Of a stretch of 64,000 nt of DNA, positions 59,146 through 64,000 are shown piece after piece. The notes beneath the pieces are model-generated. The model had not been told where the DNA came from and did not search any database. It was given only the letters and a program-made list of their open reading frames with translations. The DNA lies in assembly GCA_018824205.1 (NCBI GenBank), contig JAHJGX010000253.1, forward strand, positions 126 through 64,125, written 5' to 3'. Position numbers and translations under genes: made by a program. Positions within the stretch are counted from its first letter, which is position 1. Each line of letters opens with the position of its first letter. Source of the DNA: a bacterium. Its GTDB lineage: Bacteria; Fidelibacterota; UBA2242.

Positions 59146-60450
59146 TCATTTTTGCGGTTTGCCGGGTGTGTTTTTAAATGTGCGCTCAGGCAGATCTTCA
59201 TTCTGCTTGTCAATAATAATATTGGGGCCGGACGGATTTTTTTGAATGTCAAATTCATCATACAGCTCTCCGGTTACGGTGTATGATTTAAAATTTAAAA
59301 CATCTTCCTCAACACGAATGACATGATACAACTGGGTGTTCTCGGCACTGCGAGTCATCCAGCGGTCGTCAGTTAAATCATACTGTTTAGGACCGCTGAC
59401 GGATACAACGTAGACAATACCGTCTTCTGCATCAATATTACCCCCCCGGGCATAGGTGTGGTCATGACCATTAAGGACGAGATCAACAGCATATTTTCGA
59501 AAAAGGGGCTGCCAGCTACGGCGAATTTCTTCCTGGTCGCGGCCACGGGCGCCGGAATAAATCGGATGATGGAATGATACCACGGTCCAGCGGTTTGAGT
59601 TATTTTCAGAAATTTTTTCAATCCATTTGGCTTGATCTCCGATGAGTTCATTTGAATTCAGTACAATTACCCGCACCCCCTGAAAATCGATGAAATAATT
59701 ACTCTCAGTCAGTTTAATAATACCGTTTTCAGGCAGGGTGAACTGGGGAAACCAGTAGGGTGTAATTTGCCGTTTTTCGCTTAGTTTATGGTAATATTCA
59801 TGATTTCCGACGACCGGAATCGAGGGAACCATAGCGTTTATCCAGCCGGCCGCTTTGAACCACTTACTCCATTGTGTATAAGAATCGGCATTGGAGACCA
59901 GATCGCCGCCGTGAATGATAAAACGGCTGTCCGGTGCGGTGCCGTAGGCGGCCCGGATTGCCCGTGACCAGAGAGACAGCAGGGCGTTTTGTCCGTCACC
60001 TAAATAGATAAATGTAAAGGGTTGAGGTTTTTCACTGGCCGTTCGAAATTGGAACCATTCGCTCCAGTTTTCTTCCGAGCCGACGCGGTAAGCGTACAGA
60101 GTATTGGCCTTGAGGCCATCGAATGTCGCCGAATGATAATTTGCGGAATAATTCTCAACTACAAATGATTCAGTGACCGCATTGATTCCTTTGGAATAGT
60201 ATGTAAAATTCGGTGACGCCTCGGCCTCTGCAATTTCAGCCCAGGATTGTTTTATCGACGTATCTGTTCGCCAGGTCACGGATTGCGTATTTACCGGATT
60301 GTCGCTCCAGGTTAATATCACATGGTCCGGAATTTTAGTCGGGAAAGGATTGTGGGCAGCATCGGTCCAGTCCGCGGCGTTTATTATCATTAAATTTTGC
60401 ACTAGTAGTAAAACAGCAAAACCAATGATATTTCGAAAAGATTTTCTCAT
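59146..60450 (-). CDS. Purple acid phosphatase family metallophosphoesterase (FN3 plus calcineurin-like)
   Basis: GDGQ, GGDLV, GNHE, HHP, GHDH. Confidence 0.9.
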   Translation of the reverse strand: MRKSFRNIIGFAVLLLVQNLMIINAADWTDAAHNPFPTKIPDHVILTWSDNPVNTQSVTWRTDTSIKQSWAEIAEAEASPNFTYYSKGINAVTESFVVENYSANYHSATFDGLKANTLYAYRVGSEENWSEWFQFRTASEKPQPFTFIYLGDGQNALLSLWSRAIRAAYGTAPDSRFIIHGGDLVSNADSYTQWSKWFKAAGWINAMVPSIPVVGNHEYYHKLSEKRQITPYWFPQFTLPENGIIKLTESNYFIDFQGVRVIVLNSNELIGDQAKWIEKISENNSNRWTVVSFHHPIYSGARGRDQEEIRRSWQPLFRKYAVDLVLNGHDHTYARGGNIDAEDGIVYVVSVSGPKQYDLTDDRWMTRSAENTQLYHVIRVEEDVLNFKSYTVTGELYDEFDIQKNPSGPNIIIDKQNEDLPERTFKNTPGKPQK

Positions 60451-60539
60451 GGATAATAGCCTTTCTTTTAAAAAGATTTCAATAGTGTGTAGCCGGTTAT
60501 GTTTTTCTAACGAAAATCATGCAATAAAAAATCGGGTGT

Positions 60540-61082
60540 TTACAGGATAAAAACAACTGCTGCAACGACAGTTGTCCAGAGCCCCTTTTTATCTCCCTGC
60601 GCCGATTGGGTGAGCTGGCTGGTACGGATAATCATTCCGCTGGAATGATAAATTTGCTTCCGTTCGTCCCAGGCCTGCTCAGGATCAAACTCAATTCCCC
60701 GGGTCGTCGCCAGCATGGTGGCGGCCAGGTCCTCGGCGTAATCGCCGGCCACTTCATCGGTTTGCCCGAATGAGTGGTGTTCGGAAATATAGCCATAAGC
60801 ATCGGCGTCGGAGGGTATGGCGATCCCCACAGATGCGGCGATCAGACGGTTTGGTTCATTGGTTGAGTTTTTGGACATCACGACAAACGTAATCTGGCCG
60901 GGCTTAAGCATTTGCACCCCATTTTTCTTCGAAACTTTTTTACAGCCGGGCGGCAGAATGCTGGAAACCGTCACCAGGTTACATTGCTGAATACCGGCAT
61001 TCCGAAGGGCTAATTCAAAGGACTGTAAATAATCTTTGTGTCGTCCTTTACCTTTGGTAATGAAATAATATTTAGGTATCAT
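60540..61082 (-). CDS. pdaD: Pyruvoyl-dependent arginine decarboxylase
   Basis: [21 protein letters not shown] (Ser-Ser self-cleavage), GYISEH, WTTVVAA. Confidence 0.92.
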   Translation of the reverse strand: MIPKYYFITKGKGRHKDYLQSFELALRNAGIQQCNLVTVSSILPPGCKKVSKKNGVQMLKPGQITFVVMSKNSTNEPNRLIAASVGIAIPSDADAYGYISEHHSFGQTDEVAGDYAEDLAATMLATTRGIEFDPEQAWDERKQIYHSSGMIIRTSQLTQSAQGDKKGLWTTVVAAVVFIL

Positions 61083-61225
61083 GGTGCTCTTCCTTCAATT
61101 GATCCGTTCAAATTGTTACAGCCAGAATTTACACACTTTTATTATTGGGAAAAGATGTTTATTCGTTCAACAGACGCTGTCATGGTCACCGTGCTTTTGC
61201 CAGTTCTATCCGACGAATGAATTCA

Positions 61226-63241
61226 TCAATAATGATTTGATACAAGATTTTCTATCAGATGATCTGCAGGAATGAACGGCAACGTAATATGCCCGTCATT
61301 CCGATGCTGTTTATTCCATAGCGCCGCAGTCTCAACGGCGTTCGGATTGCGCGCCCAGTTGCGCCGGGCAACTCCGCCCATGACGTCCCAGGAAAGACCT
61401 TTCCGGATTATCTCATTCGCCCGTTCGGAACCGTCGAGTAAAATGCCATTGCCCCCATTGCTGGAACGACCGATCCCGACCCCGCCGCCGTTTGATAAAA
61501 CCACCAGGGTCATACCCCGGGCAATATTTCCACCGAAACACTGGACCGACATATCGGCTGTCGTACGGCTGCCGTCATAGATATTGGCCGTTTCCCGAAA
61601 CGGTGAATCGGTGCCGGAAACATCGTGGTGGTCACGACCAAGCAGGACCGGGCCAATTTCCCCCTTGCGGATCATGTCATTGAATTTCAGGGCGATGCGG
61701 ATACGGCCCTCTTCGTCGGCATAAAGAATGCGGCATTTTGTACCAACCACCAGATTGTTCTCTTCGGCAGTTTTAATCCAGTGATAATTGTCCCGATGCA
61801 GTGAACTCAGCGCCGGATCTATACAGGATATGGTAGCCTGATCAGTTTTCCGCAAATCTTCATCATCACGGCTCAGGCAGACCCAGCGAAACGGCCCAAA
61901 TCCTTTATCAAAACAGAGTGGTCCCATAATGTCTTCCACATAAGACGGCCAGATAAAGCCTTCGGACGTATCGGTTTTGTTGTGGGCGATTTCATTAACT
62001 CCGGCATTGAAAACCGACGCCATAAAACTATTTCCATAATCCCAGAAGTGGGATCCTCTTTCAGTGAGCGTTTTTATGACGCGGTAATGACGTTCCAGGG
62101 ACTGATCAACGAGTTGACGAAATTTTTCCGGGTTGAATTGAATCAAGCTGCGGCCGTCATCAAAACTTATCCCTGCCGGTGTATATCCGCCTTCATAAAC
62201 CGCATGACAGGAGGTCTGGTCGGAAACGAGTTCAACGTTGATATTGTTCTCGGCAATATATTCCAACAAATCGACAATGTTTCCGTGATAGGCGATGGAA
62301 ACCGCTTTGCCGTTGGTTTTATAGTCACGCATCCAGGAAGCAATCTGATCGAGACTGTCGCTGACTTCAGTGACCCAGCCCTGTTCATGGCGGGTCTTGA
62401 TCCGGCTGTAATCAACCTCGGCAATAACCCCGATACCACCGGCGATTTCCACTGCTTTGGCCTGGGCGCCGGACATGCCGCCAAGCCCGGAGCTGACGAA
62501 AAAGATTCCTTTCAAATCACGGTCTTCCGGAATGCCGAGATACTTACGTCCGGCATTTAAAAGAGTGATATAGGTACCGTGAACGATACCCTGAGGCCCG
62601 ATATACATCCAGCCGCCAGCCGTCATCTGGCCGTAGTTGGAAACGCCCATGGCCGCCAGTTTTTTAAAATGCTCGGAATTGTCCCATTCCCCAACAATCA
62701 GACCGTTGGTGGAAATGACCCGCGGCGCGGAAGGGCTTGATGGAAAAAGACCAACCGGGTGACCGGAACTGACGACCAGCGTCTGCTCTTCAGTCATGTT
62801 TTCTAGATATTGTTTGATCAGCAGATACTGCATCCAATTTTGGCATACCTGACCGGTTTCACCATAAGTGACCAGTTCGTAGGGATAAAGAGCAACGTCA
62901 AAATCAAGGTTATTATCGATATTGACCTGTAGTGCCCGGGCTGCCAGAATACCTTTGTACCGATCAACCGGCTTGCCCCAGATACGGCCTTCCGGACGGT
63001 AGCGATAGCCATAGATTCGCCCCATGGTTTTCAATTCATTCAGAAATTCCGGAGCCAGTTCTGCATGCAATTCTTCCGGGATATACCGCAGGGCATTCTT
63101 CAGGGCAATGATTGTTTCATTTTTACTTAGATTGAAGCCGCGGCTCGGCGCCCGCCGAATCCCCTTGATAAATTCTTTTTTTGGAGGCAGTTCGACTAGC
63201 AATTTAATGTTCATAGCTCCGGCAATATCTCTGTTATGCAT
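61226..63241 (-). CDS. hutU: Urocanate hydratase (long form)
   Basis: GQMTAG, IGPQGIVHGT, GLGGMSGAQ, SDQTSCH, GRDHHD. Confidence 0.96.
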   Translation of the reverse strand: MHNRDIAGAMNIKLLVELPPKKEFIKGIRRAPSRGFNLSKNETIIALKNALRYIPEELHAELAPEFLNELKTMGRIYGYRYRPEGRIWGKPVDRYKGILAARALQVNIDNNLDFDVALYPYELVTYGETGQVCQNWMQYLLIKQYLENMTEEQTLVVSSGHPVGLFPSSPSAPRVISTNGLIVGEWDNSEHFKKLAAMGVSNYGQMTAGGWMYIGPQGIVHGTYITLLNAGRKYLGIPEDRDLKGIFFVSSGLGGMSGAQAKAVEIAGGIGVIAEVDYSRIKTRHEQGWVTEVSDSLDQIASWMRDYKTNGKAVSIAYHGNIVDLLEYIAENNINVELVSDQTSCHAVYEGGYTPAGISFDDGRSLIQFNPEKFRQLVDQSLERHYRVIKTLTERGSHFWDYGNSFMASVFNAGVNEIAHNKTDTSEGFIWPSYVEDIMGPLCFDKGFGPFRWVCLSRDDEDLRKTDQATISCIDPALSSLHRDNYHWIKTAEENNLVVGTKCRILYADEEGRIRIALKFNDMIRKGEIGPVLLGRDHHDVSGTDSPFRETANIYDGSRTTADMSVQCFGGNIARGMTLVVLSNGGGVGIGRSSNGGNGILLDGSERANEIIRKGLSWDVMGGVARRNWARNPNAVETAALWNKQHRNDGHITLPFIPADHLIENLVSNHY

Positions 63242-63282
63242 TATGAATTCCTTTGATTCCCATAATTAAAACCATTTAATCT

Positions 63283-63900
63283 TTATTTGGGTAGTAACTC
63301 CTGAACCCTGGCCTGAATGGTACCGTTTTCCAGATACTGGTAGAGATTTTTACCGGGACACAGGGTTTCGGTGTAATCTTTATGGCCTTTGATATCGTAG
63401 AGCGGAACATGAAAACGTTCGACCAAGTAGGCGGTCAGTTCAATAATCGATTTCATCTGTTCTTGGTTGACCGTGGCGTTTTCGTAATTGCCCATGAGAC
63501 AGATCAATGCATGGCCGCGCGGGTCATAATCCGTATTGGTGGCGCCGGGATAGTTGATTGGCCGGGTTTCATAAATTGTGCCCGACGGTGCAATCATAAA
63601 GTGGTATGGAATATCAATCCATTTTTTTTCGGTGCGGCTCCAGTTCTGCAAATTCCGAATATGTTCAACCGGATCTTTATCAGGAGGATAATCAACACCA
63701 CCGTGGTGGATAGTTATTTTAGTGATTTCATGTTGTAGTAAAATGGTTTTCAGTGGTTTCCAGTCCCAGTCGGCTCGTCGGACAACCCCCAGTTTTTCCG
63801 GGTACTTGAGTTCCTGGATATCGATACCTTTTTTGATAGGGACAGTACATGAACTGATGCACAGAACCAGAGACAGTGTCATTATTGGTCGGATATGCAT
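63283..63900 (-). CDS. N-acetylmuramoyl-L-alanine amidase (Amidase_2/PGRP-like) lipoprotein
   Basis: ITIHH, WIDIPYHF, GHKD, TLCPG; ISSC lipobox. Confidence 0.88.
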   Translation of the reverse strand: MHIRPIMTLSLVLCISSCTVPIKKGIDIQELKYPEKLGVVRRADWDWKPLKTILLQHEITKITIHHGGVDYPPDKDPVEHIRNLQNWSRTEKKWIDIPYHFMIAPSGTIYETRPINYPGATNTDYDPRGHALICLMGNYENATVNQEQMKSIIELTAYLVERFHVPLYDIKGHKDYTETLCPGKNLYQYLENGTIQARVQELLPK

Positions 63901-64000
63901 TAGTAAACCTTTCTGGAAAATACGAATTAAAGTTACTTAATTCAAAACACCGTTACAACCGAAAGATCATGTCGAAGCATGTGATTTCTTGTGGAAGCAT

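Noticed and set aside
1-64000. Integrase, transposase, prophage, rRNA or tRNA genes
   Set aside because: None recognisable; mobility claims above therefore depend on trans-acting enzymes encoded elsewhere.

Overview
64 kb of bacterial chromosome, most likely from an FCB-group lineage outside Bacteroidota (Marinimicrobia/Calditrichota/KSB1-like; inferred from SprA/PorV-type T9SS genes and FlgD-Ig/CTD cargo, not verified). Core content: spmB, PlpD-like patatin, feo operon, metH, a YtrA-type ABC operon, rdgB, a sprA-centred T9SS locus, typA, GH57, gap, pdaD, hutU. Three accessory hot spots stand out. (1) 0.56-8.63 kb: a tandem pair of units built on the same three-repeat scaffold (A 160 bp, B 79 bp, C 20 bp) but loaded with different defence cargo (DUF4160/DUF2442 TA versus two attC-bounded cassettes plus a type III R-M system), with no integrase in the window. 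(2) 16.1-19.9 kb: broken secreted-protein genes bracketed by two diverged copies of a lipoprotein gene's 5' end. (3) 23.1-27.8 kb: a hipA remnant, an AbiE pair and a mosaic protease separated by GTAG-type REP/REPIN elements. The T9SS locus also encodes a probable glutaminyl cyclase and a PorZ-like propeller with two inserted cohesin-like domains. No rRNA, tRNA, CRISPR array, integrase or transposase was recognised. All calls come from reading sequence and motifs; no database searches were run.
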